NCBI GenBank assembly: GCA_044224525.1
Contig: JBGAKI010000004.1
Coordinates: 20,820 to 84,819, forward strand
Source: Polyangiales bacterium
GTDB taxonomy: Bacteria; Myxococcota_A; Polyangia; Polyangiales; CBDCBC01
DNA: 64,000 bases
Direction of reading: 5' to 3'
The position numbers and the translations under genes were made by a program. Shown one piece after another: positions 20,685-29,491 of the stretch (within the stretch, counting starts at the first letter, position 1; each line of letters opens with the position of its first letter). The notes under the pieces were generated by a model that saw only the letters and a list, made by a program, of their open reading frames with translations, was not told the DNA's origin and did not search any database.

Positions 20685-22259
20685 CTAAGCCCCACGAAGC
20701 AGCTGTTCTAGCTTGGTCAGGCTCAATTTTTCTATGGCAAAAACACCGGGGCGTTCGGGGATTACGTAACTGACGTTGTCGTCTTGGCGCTTCTTGTCGG
20801 TCGACATGAAGGCAAGCGTCTTTGTATCCAAGTGCTTTTCAAAATCGACGGGCAGTGCAAACGCCCGAAGCAAGTTGATTAGGCGAGCCTGCTCATCGCT
20901 TTGCATTCTTCCCAGGCGTACGGCGACCTGGGCGGCGGCAACCATGCCAAGTGCGACGGCCTCGCCGTGCGCGATGCCGCCATATCCCTGTGCTGCTTCG
21001 ATGGCATGACCCAAGGTATGACCAAAGTTCAAGAGCATGCGTGTGCCAAGTGTTTCGCGTTCATCTTCGGTCACCACACGCGCTTTTAATGTGATCGCCA
21101 TCTTTACCAAATCAATCAGCGCGCGTGGATCTTTGCTTTTGAGCGCATTAACGTCTGCCTCGAGTTTACAAACGGCACCTTCACTGTCGAGCCACGCAGA
21201 TTTGATCGCTTCGGCCATGCCTGATCGGTATTCACGCTCGGGCAGCGTTGACAAAACATTGATGTCGCAAACCACAAAAGCGGGCTGTTGAAAGGTACCA
21301 ATTAGATTCTTACCTTGCGGGACATCGAACCCTGTTTTACCGCCCACAGCGCTGTCGACCATGGACAACAAAGTCGTGGGCATCTGCCCGACCGAAAGCC
21401 CTCGCAAAAGGGTCGAACCGGCAAATCCAGCCAGGTCACCGACCACACCACCGCCTACGCCGATCACCATGCTACGCCGATCCACACCAAAACTAAGTGC
21501 GTCGTTCCAAATTTGCTCGACCGCCGCAAGATTTTTGTGAGCCTCACCTGGCGTGAGCACCACGCGCTGAACCATGACGTTCGCATCCGACAGACTTTGC
21601 TCTACTTGGTCGGCCCATGGATGCGCCACGTTTTGATCGGTGACTATCACGGCGCGTTTGGTCATGCTGGCAATCTCTGGGCCCAGCGTTGCCAATACAC
21701 CCTGCGCGATGCTGACGCGATAGGTCCGCTCGCCAAGCGCCACCACAACCATTTGCTTTTTCGAGAGCGCAATTACCTGTTCGGCCAACACCTCGGGACT
21801 TTGTCCAATCGTTGAAAGCGTGCCGTGGCATTCCGCGTAAGCAGCTTTGCGCTCGTCGAGCAAACGCGCGATAACGTCGCGCGCGGCACCGGCGGCTAAG
21901 AGCGGCCGCGAGCGATCATTTTGCACTCGCTTTTCTAACTCATCGACCGACGCGCTAAGCGTCACAACCGTTCCTGACGCCAGGGCACGCTTACGCAGCG
22001 CCGGATTCATCAACGTGCCGCCACCCAGGGCAAGCACGAAGTCTTGACCACCCTGGTCAAGCAGTGCTTCGAATGCATCGCGCTCAACTTCGCGAAAGGC
22101 GCTCTCGCCCTGCTCCGCGAAGATTTGGGTGGGCAACCGGCCTGTAAGTTTGGTGATGTGTTGATCTAAATCAATGCACGTTAGACCGAGTTTCTTGGCA
22201 ACCACGGCACCCACCGTGGTTTTGCCAGTCCCCATCATGCCCGATAAGAAGATCCTCAT
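20685..22259 (-). CDS. aroKB: Bifunctional shikimate kinase / 3-dehydroquinate synthase
   Basis: GMMGTGKT, GESAFR, GGG, RPLL (AroK); GEAHKN, GGGVVGDLAGF, PTTLLSMVDSAVGGKTG, LNFGHTLGHAIE, HGEAV (AroB). Confidence 0.95.
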   Translation of the reverse strand: MRIFLSGMMGTGKTTVGAVVAKKLGLTCIDLDQHITKLTGRLPTQIFAEQGESAFREVERDAFEALLDQGGQDFVLALGGGTLMNPALRKRALASGTVVTLSASVDELEKRVQNDRSRPLLAAGAARDVIARLLDERKAAYAECHGTLSTIGQSPEVLAEQVIALSKKQMVVVALGERTYRVSIAQGVLATLGPEIASMTKRAVIVTDQNVAHPWADQVEQSLSDANVMVQRVVLTPGEAHKNLAAVEQIWNDALSFGVDRRSMVIGVGGGVVGDLAGFAGSTLLRGLSVGQMPTTLLSMVDSAVGGKTGFDVPQGKNLIGTFQQPAFVVCDINVLSTLPEREYRSGMAEAIKSAWLDSEGAVCKLEADVNALKSKDPRALIDLVKMAITLKARVVTEDERETLGTRMLLNFGHTLGHAIEAAQGYGGIAHGEAVALGMVAAAQVAVRLGRMQSDEQARLINLLRAFALPVDFEKHLDTKTLAFMSTDKKRQDDNVSYVIPERPGVFAIEKLSLTKLEQLLRGA

Positions 22260-22330
22260 TTGGCCATTTATTGCACAAAAAGGCAGCATGCGCTTGCCGA
22301 TGCCAGCGCATGCTGCCTATTGTGAGTCGA

Positions 22331-24568
22331 CTAATTACGAAGCGCTTCGTTACGGTTAACGATACGCGGCGTAAGGAAGATCAAGAGCTCGTTGCGGTTG
22401 TCTTGCACGAGTCGGCGTTGGAAAAGCACCCCAATGATCGGAATATCACCAAAAAATGGCACTTGGTTGATAGTGCGACCTGAGTTACGGGTGAAGATGC
22501 CACCGATAACTGCCGTGTGCGAGTCAGCGACGAGAAGATCGGTCTCGGCCTCACGCTTGAGGATGGTCGGATCACCACGAACACTGACGCGGGTGAAGTC
22601 AGGTTCGTCGCGTGTCACCTTAACGTGCATGCTGACCGAAGCGTCGCTGGTGACGTGTGGACGCACAATGAGCTGCAGCTTCGCTTCTTGGAATGCAGTC
22701 TGCACGCCCTGAGCACTTACCTGCGAATAAGGAATCAACGTTCCTTGAGCGATATGTGCCTCGTGATTGTCTAAGGTTAAGACGCGAGGGGCACTGATGA
22801 TTCGAACAATACCGTTTGATTCGGCGGCGCTTAGACGCACGTTAAGATTGAGCGTCGAATCAACGCTACCCAACGTTAGACCGAGCGCGCCACCGGCACC
22901 GTTGGCGTTGGTGGCTGGCAAGTTGACGGCGTAGTTTGGCACCGCAATGCGGTTGGTGAAAGGCGACAAACCTTGTGTGAGCGAATCATTACTATAGTTA
23001 CCGCCCGCAATACCAATGTTACTTGGAAACACAAGACCAGTGGGATTGCCAGACGCCTGAGCCGCGGTGAATGCACCGCCCCATTGGATACCAATGTCGC
23101 GCGAATACTGACTGGTGGCTTCAACGACGCGCGCTTCGACGAGCACCTGCGGTGTTTGCGTGTCGAGGGTGCGTACGAGTGCTTCAACTTCATCTAAATT
23201 TTCAGTTAGGTCACGTACGATCAAAACGTTGGTGCGTTCGTCGGTCGATACCGTCCCGCGTGTTGACAATAGCTCCGCTACGCGAGGTTTGATTTTTTCT
23301 GCAGTGGCGTAGCTTACGGGAATAAGACGCGTCTCAAGCGGCGCGAGCTCTAGGTTTTGCTTCTTGCGCGCAATGGCGGCTTCACGCTCTTTTTCGAGCT
23401 GCTCAAGCGGAGCAACGCGAATCATGTTGTCTTTTCGGATCATGCCGAGGCTCTTGGACTGCAAGATCACGTCGAGGGCTTGATCCCAAGGCACATTGAG
23501 CATACGCAAGGTGACACTGCCTTTGACATCGTCACTGGTCACCACGTTAACTTTCCCAACTTCTGAAATCAAACGAAGGATGTCGTGGATATCGGCATCT
23601 TTCAAATCAAGATCAATGCGACGCCCCGAATAGTTTGCCTTTCTTCCGGCGGCGATCGCGGCGGGGCTACCGGTCACAAAAGGTGATGTCTCCGAGGATC
23701 CATGAATAATCTCAGGCAACTCTAGGGGCGCTTCCTTGGCAAGCGTCTGCGCGCTTGGACGTGAGCTCTTTTGCCCACCGGGCGCGAACAACCACACGAT
23801 GCGACGCCCTTCACGTACAGCGGTGCCAAAGGCGCTGTCTTTATGTGTGACTTCAACGGTCACGCCTTCAGCGTCCTGGTGTAACTCGATGTTGCCGATC
23901 ACGGGAAGGCCCACGGGGCTCAACTTGCGCTGAGCGCTGGCGCCAACCTTGACGCGATACAGACGCAGACGCGCCGGGCTCTCTGTGCCGGGTTCAACTT
24001 GAAAATTGGCTACACCGTCAAGCTCGAGCACAACGCGGTCGCGCCCATCTCGCTGCTCGGTGGCCACGTTCACGACGCTGGTTGCGCGCGGCAACTTCTC
24101 GCTGTCTGCGCCCACTGACGCAGCGAGCGCTGGTTGCGCAGCCAAAGTAGGCACACTCTCACGTGGACCAGTCTTACTGGCCGGTTCAATGGCCAGCTTG
24201 AGCACGCCCGGCAAAGCGCGTACGCGGTAAGCGACTTCTTCGCTGGTTTGCACGATGAGACGCAAACCTTGTCCGCTTAGCTCGGTGGTCACATTCTTGA
24301 CCAGTGGGCTTTCGCCGATGCGCTTAATGCCCGCCGCAGTCACGCCGACCTTGCGCACATCGATCACGATCGACGTGCCGCTGTCTTGCGAAGAAACGGT
24401 ATAAACGGGCTGGGCAAAATCGCCACCAAAAGCCAGTTCAGTGACGTCGCCGGATGTTTTTACAGAGAGACGACGCAAAAGTGGATACCCACCTGAGACG
24501 TCTGCTCCCACGAGATACATCACGAGCCCAAATACAAGGGTTTTTGTTAGCCATTCCGATCGGTGCAT
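22331..24568 (-). CDS. pilQ: Type IV pilus secretin PilQ
   Basis: AMIN-like N-terminus, IDLDLKDADI, VPWDQAL, PQVLVEARVVE, VPFFGDIP, ELLIFLTPRIV. Confidence 0.96.
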   Translation of the reverse strand: MHRSEWLTKTLVFGLVMYLVGADVSGGYPLLRRLSVKTSGDVTELAFGGDFAQPVYTVSSQDSGTSIVIDVRKVGVTAAGIKRIGESPLVKNVTTELSGQGLRLIVQTSEEVAYRVRALPGVLKLAIEPASKTGPRESVPTLAAQPALAASVGADSEKLPRATSVVNVATEQRDGRDRVVLELDGVANFQVEPGTESPARLRLYRVKVGASAQRKLSPVGLPVIGNIELHQDAEGVTVEVTHKDSAFGTAVREGRRIVWLFAPGGQKSSRPSAQTLAKEAPLELPEIIHGSSETSPFVTGSPAAIAAGRKANYSGRRIDLDLKDADIHDILRLISEVGKVNVVTSDDVKGSVTLRMLNVPWDQALDVILQSKSLGMIRKDNMIRVAPLEQLEKEREAAIARKKQNLELAPLETRLIPVSYATAEKIKPRVAELLSTRGTVSTDERTNVLIVRDLTENLDEVEALVRTLDTQTPQVLVEARVVEATSQYSRDIGIQWGGAFTAAQASGNPTGLVFPSNIGIAGGNYSNDSLTQGLSPFTNRIAVPNYAVNLPATNANGAGGALGLTLGSVDSTLNLNVRLSAAESNGIVRIISAPRVLTLDNHEAHIAQGTLIPYSQVSAQGVQTAFQEAKLQLIVRPHVTSDASVSMHVKVTRDEPDFTRVSVRGDPTILKREAETDLLVADSHTAVIGGIFTRNSGRTINQVPFFGDIPIIGVLFQRRLVQDNRNELLIFLTPRIVNRNEALRN

Positions 24569-24666
24569 AGGTGAATTCCGGATATCCTACATGGTCCTCC
24601 ATTGGCACCAAAAACACAAAAAAACCGACAAGTTGTCTTCAAAAGTTAATATCGACTCTGGGCAGC

Positions 24667-24729
24667 TCGTGGTGACACGATTGCGACGCAGCATCGTGGT
24701 GACACGATTGCGACGCAGCATCGTGTAAC
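24667..24729. repeat. Tandem 27-bp palindromic repeat (2 copies plus partial)
   Basis: TCGTGGTGACACGATTGCGACGCAGCA at 24667 and 24694, then TCGTGTAAC; forms a CACGAT-TGCG/CGCA-ATCGTG hairpin. Confidence 0.9.
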
Positions 24730-24741
24730 GCAGGGCGTGTG

Positions 24742-25404
24742 CTAGTTGACGCTCTTAAGCTTCTCGGGTTCGCCTTCGTGCAATAGCAAGCGGCGGCTAA
24801 TAGGAACTTGGTTGGGAGATGTAGGATCATCGCGTGTCAAGACGACCTCGTTTGGTCGAATGGCTTCAACCCGCCAGTTAAGGGTGACAGGCACGCCTTC
24901 GATGCCGCCGACTTGAATCACTTCGGGTCGACCCACATAGTCGCCGCGGCGAACGACGTGACCCACGCCTGTCTTGTCGCTGATCATGACGCGTGGCGGT
25001 TCAATGCCGGTTACAATGGCCACAAGACGCATCTCGTCAACCGTGGTCATCGACATCATTACTGCGCGCTGCGGTGCGGTGGGCGCCTTGGCGATAAAAA
25101 GTTCGGCGAAACTGTGAAAAGGGTCGCGATTGGCTTCAAGCTCAACAAAGTCGTCTTCAACGAGCGCAAAGGTCATGGCCGCAAGCGAGGGGTCGAGTTC
25201 TTCGGGTGCATCGCCATTGGCCTGTGCGGCAGGGGCTGCGGGGGTCGCACCCGCGGCTGCGCCGGGCACCGCACCTGCTTTTTTGATGCCTGGCGGAGCC
25301 GTTGAGTCTACCTTTACGGGCTCTTCGCATGCGGCAACGCTTACGCACAGCGCGATCAACAACAGCGCGCGTAAAACGCCTGTGATATGATCACGCAAGA
25401 TCAT
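24742..25404 (-). CDS. pilP: Type IV pilus assembly lipoprotein PilP
   Basis: Lipobox VAAC, NRDPF, MRLVAIV, VRRGDYVG; position in the pilMNOPQ operon. Confidence 0.88.
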   Translation of the reverse strand: MILRDHITGVLRALLLIALCVSVAACEEPVKVDSTAPPGIKKAGAVPGAAAGATPAAPAAQANGDAPEELDPSLAAMTFALVEDDFVELEANRDPFHSFAELFIAKAPTAPQRAVMMSMTTVDEMRLVAIVTGIEPPRVMISDKTGVGHVVRRGDYVGRPEVIQVGGIEGVPVTLNWRVEAIRPNEVVLTRDDPTSPNQVPISRRLLLHEGEPEKLKSVN

Positions 25405-26012
25405 TTACGACCTCCGGCGGCGGGGGCTGGCGCGGGTGTTTTGGTTTTGGCGCCCACCGAAGGTTGTGTGGTTTGATCAGGGCGGCGAAAAGTCGTCGCA
25501 AGCACCTCGACCGTCAACCGAATCTCGTCGCCGCGCGGTTTGGGGTCGATCAACTTGATATTTTCCATGTTGATCGCGCGCTCAACCAAGCTTGCATTAT
25601 AAAAAAACTTCATCACGTGATGAAAGCGCCCTTGCAACATCAAAGAAACGGGAATGCGCACAAAATCGGCTTCGTTCTCTTCATTTTTCGGCTCGACCAG
25701 TTTGATGTCCAAGCCGCTGAGCTCAGCCAAGCGGTTGAGGTCCAAAATGCGCAAGTGATAACGATCGAGCGCGGTACGCTCGCCAATCTGTTTACGCAAA
25801 CGCAGATATTCTTGCTGACGCGCTTCAGCGTCGCCCAGCTCTTTGGTTAAGGTTTGAAAGCGCGTTTCCTCTTGCGTAAGCTCGTCGGAAAGGCCCATGT
25901 GCAAGACAAAATAATAGAGCGCGCCCAAGATCGCGAGCATCAGCACTAGAAGCCCGGCCTTGCCTCCATCGGAGAGTTGGTCAAACGACGATACGCCTAC
26001 TTTGGCAGCCAT
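25401..26012 (-). CDS. pilO: Type IV pilus assembly protein PilO
   Basis: N-terminal TM, coiled coil, IPVSLMLQGRFHHVMKFF, RAIN; operon position. Confidence 0.88.
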   Translation of the reverse strand: MAAKVGVSSFDQLSDGGKAGLLVLMLAILGALYYFVLHMGLSDELTQEETRFQTLTKELGDAEARQQEYLRLRKQIGERTALDRYHLRILDLNRLAELSGLDIKLVEPKNEENEADFVRIPVSLMLQGRFHHVMKFFYNASLVERAINMENIKLIDPKPRGDEIRLTVEVLATTFRRPDQTTQPSVGAKTKTPAPAPAAGGRK

Positions 26013-26016
26013 AAGA

Positions 26017-26670
26017 TCAGTATTTCACCTTACATGAAAGCTCAAAGCCAATAACTGGCAGTTTGGTCATCTCTTCGATCTGTGCTTCGGTCTTTTGCAG
26101 GGTCACATTCTCAAATAGCTCGGACACCGCTAAGCGCCTAAGAAACTCAGCCACATCGTCGTTTGTTTTGGCCAGGCCCGCAATCTTGCAATCACGGTTT
26201 TCTTCTTCAAACGCCTTGAGCCACAAGCGATGCACGTCCCAGGCTGGATTGAAGCCAGCCAAGGGATTTTCTTCGCGCAGCTTCTCGAGCGCTTTAGGAT
26301 CATAGGTGGGCTCACCGCCAACGCTAAGTACTTTAATAAGTTCACGCATCACGCGTGTGGGACCCATGCGGGCTGACTGCAAGTCTTTCACAACATTCTC
26401 GAGGTTTTCGCTCCACTTGAGCTTTTCACGCAAGGTTTCTAGATCGCCCGACTTGCTTTTGAGCTCTTGAATGCGTTCGGTAATTTGTGCGTTGCCCGCT
26501 TTGCGCTCGTCGATGCTCGACTGCGTGTTGAAATAAAGCAGACCCATCAGCGCCATCCAAGCGAGGGCCGCAAAGCCATAAATCAGCGGCCAGCCTTTAA
26601 GCTGCATCGTTGACTTGGCCTGGTTGCCAACCGAACGTTTTGCGTCGGGGAGTAGATTAATGCGAATCAT
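26017..26670 (-). CDS. pilN: Type IV pilus assembly protein PilN
   Basis: MIRINLLP PilM-binding motif, TM, coiled coil, IAGLA...VAEFLRRL. Confidence 0.93.
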   Translation of the reverse strand: MIRINLLPDAKRSVGNQAKSTMQLKGWPLIYGFAALAWMALMGLLYFNTQSSIDERKAGNAQITERIQELKSKSGDLETLREKLKWSENLENVVKDLQSARMGPTRVMRELIKVLSVGGEPTYDPKALEKLREENPLAGFNPAWDVHRLWLKAFEEENRDCKIAGLAKTNDDVAEFLRRLAVSELFENVTLQKTEAQIEEMTKLPVIGFELSCKVKY

Positions 26671-26686
26671 GTGGCTTGGCCCTCAA

Positions 26687-27739
26687 TCATACCCGCTTTT
26701 CTTTTTCTTTGCGTAATGCGAGGCCAAACGCCACAACCGCATGCCCCGTGCGCCCTTCAAGGACCGACAAGTCGACTGTCTTGGGGTCAGGCGTTGCAGC
26801 CCGCAATGGATCGATCGGCATGACTGGCACTCGCGAGCGCTTTTCGATCGCTTGGCGCAACTCGGCCGAGGTCGAACAGCCGCCCGAAACACAGATCTGA
26901 TGGATCATTTGATTGGAGCTGGTCGCCAAGAAGAAATCAATCGAGCGCTGAATCTCGCCGGCGAGCTCTTCCATCGCGTTTTGAATGACATGTTGCAACT
27001 GAGGGTTTGAGCCTGCCTCACGGTCTGTTTTAAGTTCTTCGGCTTTATCGTGATCAACGCCCATCAGTTTTTGGATTTCTTCGGTCACCATGGCGCCGCC
27101 ACGAGAGATATCGCGCGTAAAAGCAATGGCGCCGTTGGAAAGGATGTTGAGCGTGGTGGACGCATTGCCAATGTTGATCAATGCCAAGGTTTGCCCGACA
27201 CCAGGTGCGCCGTAACCGGCTTCGTAACAGTTCTGAATCGCGAAGGCATCTAGATCGACGACTTTGGGTTTCAGGCGTGCTTGGATGGCCACCGCGGTTA
27301 AATCGTTGATTTCTTCTTTTTTGGCGGCGACCAAAAGCACATCCATTTGGCCACGGTCTTCGTGGCGCTCAAGCAACTGATAATCGAGCTGTACCTCGGC
27401 GAGGCTGAAAGGAATATGCTGCTCAGCTTCCCATGAAATCTGCTCGGCGAGTTCGGCGGGGGTCATCATCGGAAGCGTAATCTTCTTGATAATCACACCG
27501 TGACCACTGGCGCGCAGCGCAACATCACGGCGTGGCGCTTTGTGAAAAAGCTTTTCGAGCCCTTCGATCACCGCACCGCTGTTGATGATATGTCCGTCGA
27601 CGATGGTCTCAGGCGCCAGTGGATGATAGCCAAAACGCACCAAGGTGCGTGCACCCTTGCGATCTTCTTTCAGTTCACACAGCTTGATCGCGTGTGAGCC
27701 GATATCAACGCCTATTAGGTTTTTGCCTTCGGATGACAT
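26687..27739 (-). CDS. pilM: Type IV pilus assembly actin-like protein PilM
   Basis: GVDIGSHAIK, EAEQHIPF, LDY, VLLVAA, EIQRSIDFF, SGG, FGLALR. Confidence 0.96.
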   Translation of the reverse strand: MSSEGKNLIGVDIGSHAIKLCELKEDRKGARTLVRFGYHPLAPETIVDGHIINSGAVIEGLEKLFHKAPRRDVALRASGHGVIIKKITLPMMTPAELAEQISWEAEQHIPFSLAEVQLDYQLLERHEDRGQMDVLLVAAKKEEINDLTAVAIQARLKPKVVDLDAFAIQNCYEAGYGAPGVGQTLALINIGNASTTLNILSNGAIAFTRDISRGGAMVTEEIQKLMGVDHDKAEELKTDREAGSNPQLQHVIQNAMEELAGEIQRSIDFFLATSSNQMIHQICVSGGCSTSAELRQAIEKRSRVPVMPIDPLRAATPDPKTVDLSVLEGRTGHAVVAFGLALRKEKEKRV

Positions 27740-27749
27740 GAAATGCGCA

Positions 27750-28205
27750 TTACTCCTCCTCGCCGAAAACGCGCACTCGGTCCGCCAGACTCAAGCCCAA
27801 TGCTTCTAAAATTTTTCGCTTGGTGTCCATGCGGCAGTCATACCCTTTTTCGACGCGGTCAATGGTTAACACCGAAAGATTAGCGCGCCTTGCAAGCTCA
27901 GCCTTTGACATCATCTTCTCGATGCGGATGCGTTTCAGGTTATTTTTTGTGCGTTTGGCAGCTTTATCGCTTTTCTTCGTGTCAGCTGCACTCTTTGCCT
28001 CGGCTTCGCTTGTTGCTTCGGCTTCGCTTGTTGCCTCGGTCTCACTACGTGTCACCGAACCCTGATTGGCACTCGCACCGCTCGCTGCTGCGCTCACACT
28101 AATCGCGTTGCCAGACGTTGCATTGCCAGTCGACGTCGCCGGCGAACCGGTTGTGGGTTTGAGCTCTTTGGATTGCGACTCCATGGACCTATCCAGTTGT
28201 TTCAT
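27750..28205 (-). CDS. XRE-family helix-turn-helix regulator with low-complexity N-terminus
   Basis: NNLKRIR...MSKAELARRANLSVLTIDRVEKG...KILEALG; lies 10 bp upstream of pilM. Confidence 0.85.
   Translation of the reverse strand: MKQLDRSMESQSKELKPTTGSPATSTGNATSGNAISVSAAASGASANQGSVTRSETEATSEAEATSEAEAKSAADTKKSDKAAKRTKNNLKRIRIEKMMSKAELARRANLSVLTIDRVEKGYDCRMDTKRKILEALGLSLADRVRVFGEEE
27995..28048. repeat. Intragenic 18-bp tandem repeat (3 copies)
   Basis: TTGCCTCGGCTTCGCTTG / TTGCTTCGGCTTCGCTTG / TTGCCTCGGTCTCACTAC, encoding SE(T/A)EA(T/K) repeats. Confidence 0.8.
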
Positions 28206-28281
28206 CTCATAAGCTCATAAACCCAAAACGTCAAGTTAGAAAAGTTGAAAATAAAGCAGAACTAAAAGTTATTTATACTTA

Positions 28282-28316
28282 ATTATACTATAATAGGTTA
28301 ACAATCAAGTGTTAAC
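28282..28316. promoter_or_regulatory. AT-rich divergent promoter region with 7-bp inverted repeat
   Basis: TATAAT on both strands (28282-87 minus, 28289-94 plus); GTTAACA-N6-TGTTAAC at 28297-28316. Confidence 0.5.
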
Positions 28317-28501
28317 GCGCTAAACTTCTGGGTTGTCAATGAACCATGTAGTATCTTCTCACCGTGCTCGCTGAAAAGCAAAAAAGCCGGGGCAAGGCCG
28401 ATCGCAGTTTTTGCGTGTTTTGGGGTCTGAGTGCGAAAAAACACTTTTCTGGTGCGAAGAACTTGATCTTTTGTGCTTTGTCGCCTAGTCCTTTTAGATA
28501 T

Positions 28502-29449
28502 ATGCGCTTGATTACAGCCATAAGCGTCGCAGTCGTGGTGACGGCAACGACGGGTTCAGCCCAGCCTTCCTCCAAAGCACATCTGAGCGCGGCGGGCAGC
28601 AAGCGGCCGGTACTCTTGGCCTCGGCCGGCAGTTGGGGTAGCACCCAGAAAGCATTGGTCAGCGTCACATCGGTTGAAGAACGCGACCGGCTTAATAAGT
28701 GGAGCCCCAAAGAGACAAACAGCGTTGTTCGCAAACGCGCGAGCCAGAACCGCGTGGCTGGTAAAAAGGCGGGTAAAGCCAAGCGCGAACCGCAGGTTGC
28801 CGCCAAACCTGTGCATTTTTATCGTGTTTCGACCGGGCAACACATCAAGATCGCCCTGACCAATAAGCACGGCGGTTTGCGCCCTTCGGCGCGGCAAAAG
28901 CTTGCTGCGCTAATGCGTCCACGCAATTCAAAGAAGATTAAGCTGCCGCACCCTCGCTTAATTAAGCTTTTGGCAGATGTGGCCAAGTTTGCCGAGTACA
29001 GGCCGATTCACATTATTAGTGGTTATCGCAAAGCAGGCGGGCATACGCACAAAACGAGCCGACACACCTTGGGTCGGGCGATGGATTTTCGTATTCCGGG
29101 CGTCTCGAACGTTAAACTTCGCGACTTTTGTCGGCGCTTTCACGATGTGGGTGTGGGTTATTATCCACGCAGCACCTTCGTACATCTTGATGTGCGCGAC
29201 AAGAACGCTTACTGGGTCGATACCTCACGCCCTGGCGAAGCACCCAGTTATAAACGCCATGAAGAGTGGATGGATAAGTCGGGCCACCGCATTAAAGACA
29301 GCGGCGAGTTGCTCAACAAAGGGCAAGATCCCGATGCGTCTGAGCTAGAAGACGACTTTGAAGAGCCCAAAGAGAACGACCACGCTTCAGACCCCAAAAT
29401 GCCTGTTGAAGCTGGCGATGACCTGGCAGCCGAACTCGACCTCAATTAA
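28502..29449 (+). CDS. YcbK/DUF882 family M15 metallopeptidase
   Basis: IISGYR, SRHTLGRAMDF, GVGYYP, FVHLDVR; start moved to ATG 28502, which gives a signal peptide. Confidence 0.88.
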   Translation: MRLITAISVAVVVTATTGSAQPSSKAHLSAAGSKRPVLLASAGSWGSTQKALVSVTSVEERDRLNKWSPKETNSVVRKRASQNRVAGKKAGKAKREPQVAAKPVHFYRVSTGQHIKIALTNKHGGLRPSARQKLAALMRPRNSKKIKLPHPRLIKLLADVAKFAEYRPIHIISGYRKAGGHTHKTSRHTLGRAMDFRIPGVSNVKLRDFCRRFHDVGVGYYPRSTFVHLDVRDKNAYWVDTSRPGEAPSYKRHEEWMDKSGHRIKDSGELLNKGQDPDASELEDDFEEPKENDHASDPKMPVEAGDDLAAELDLN

Positions 29450-29491
29450 ACCACGTTGGATATTGAACAGGGCTGGGCACGCGCTGGGCAC

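Noticed and set aside
24667-24729. 27-bp direct repeats as a mini-CRISPR
   Set aside because: The repeats abut with no spacer.
20685-27739. pilMNOPQ-aroKB linkage and the AroK-AroB fusion as a novelty
   Set aside because: This synteny and fusion are well known in many bacteria.
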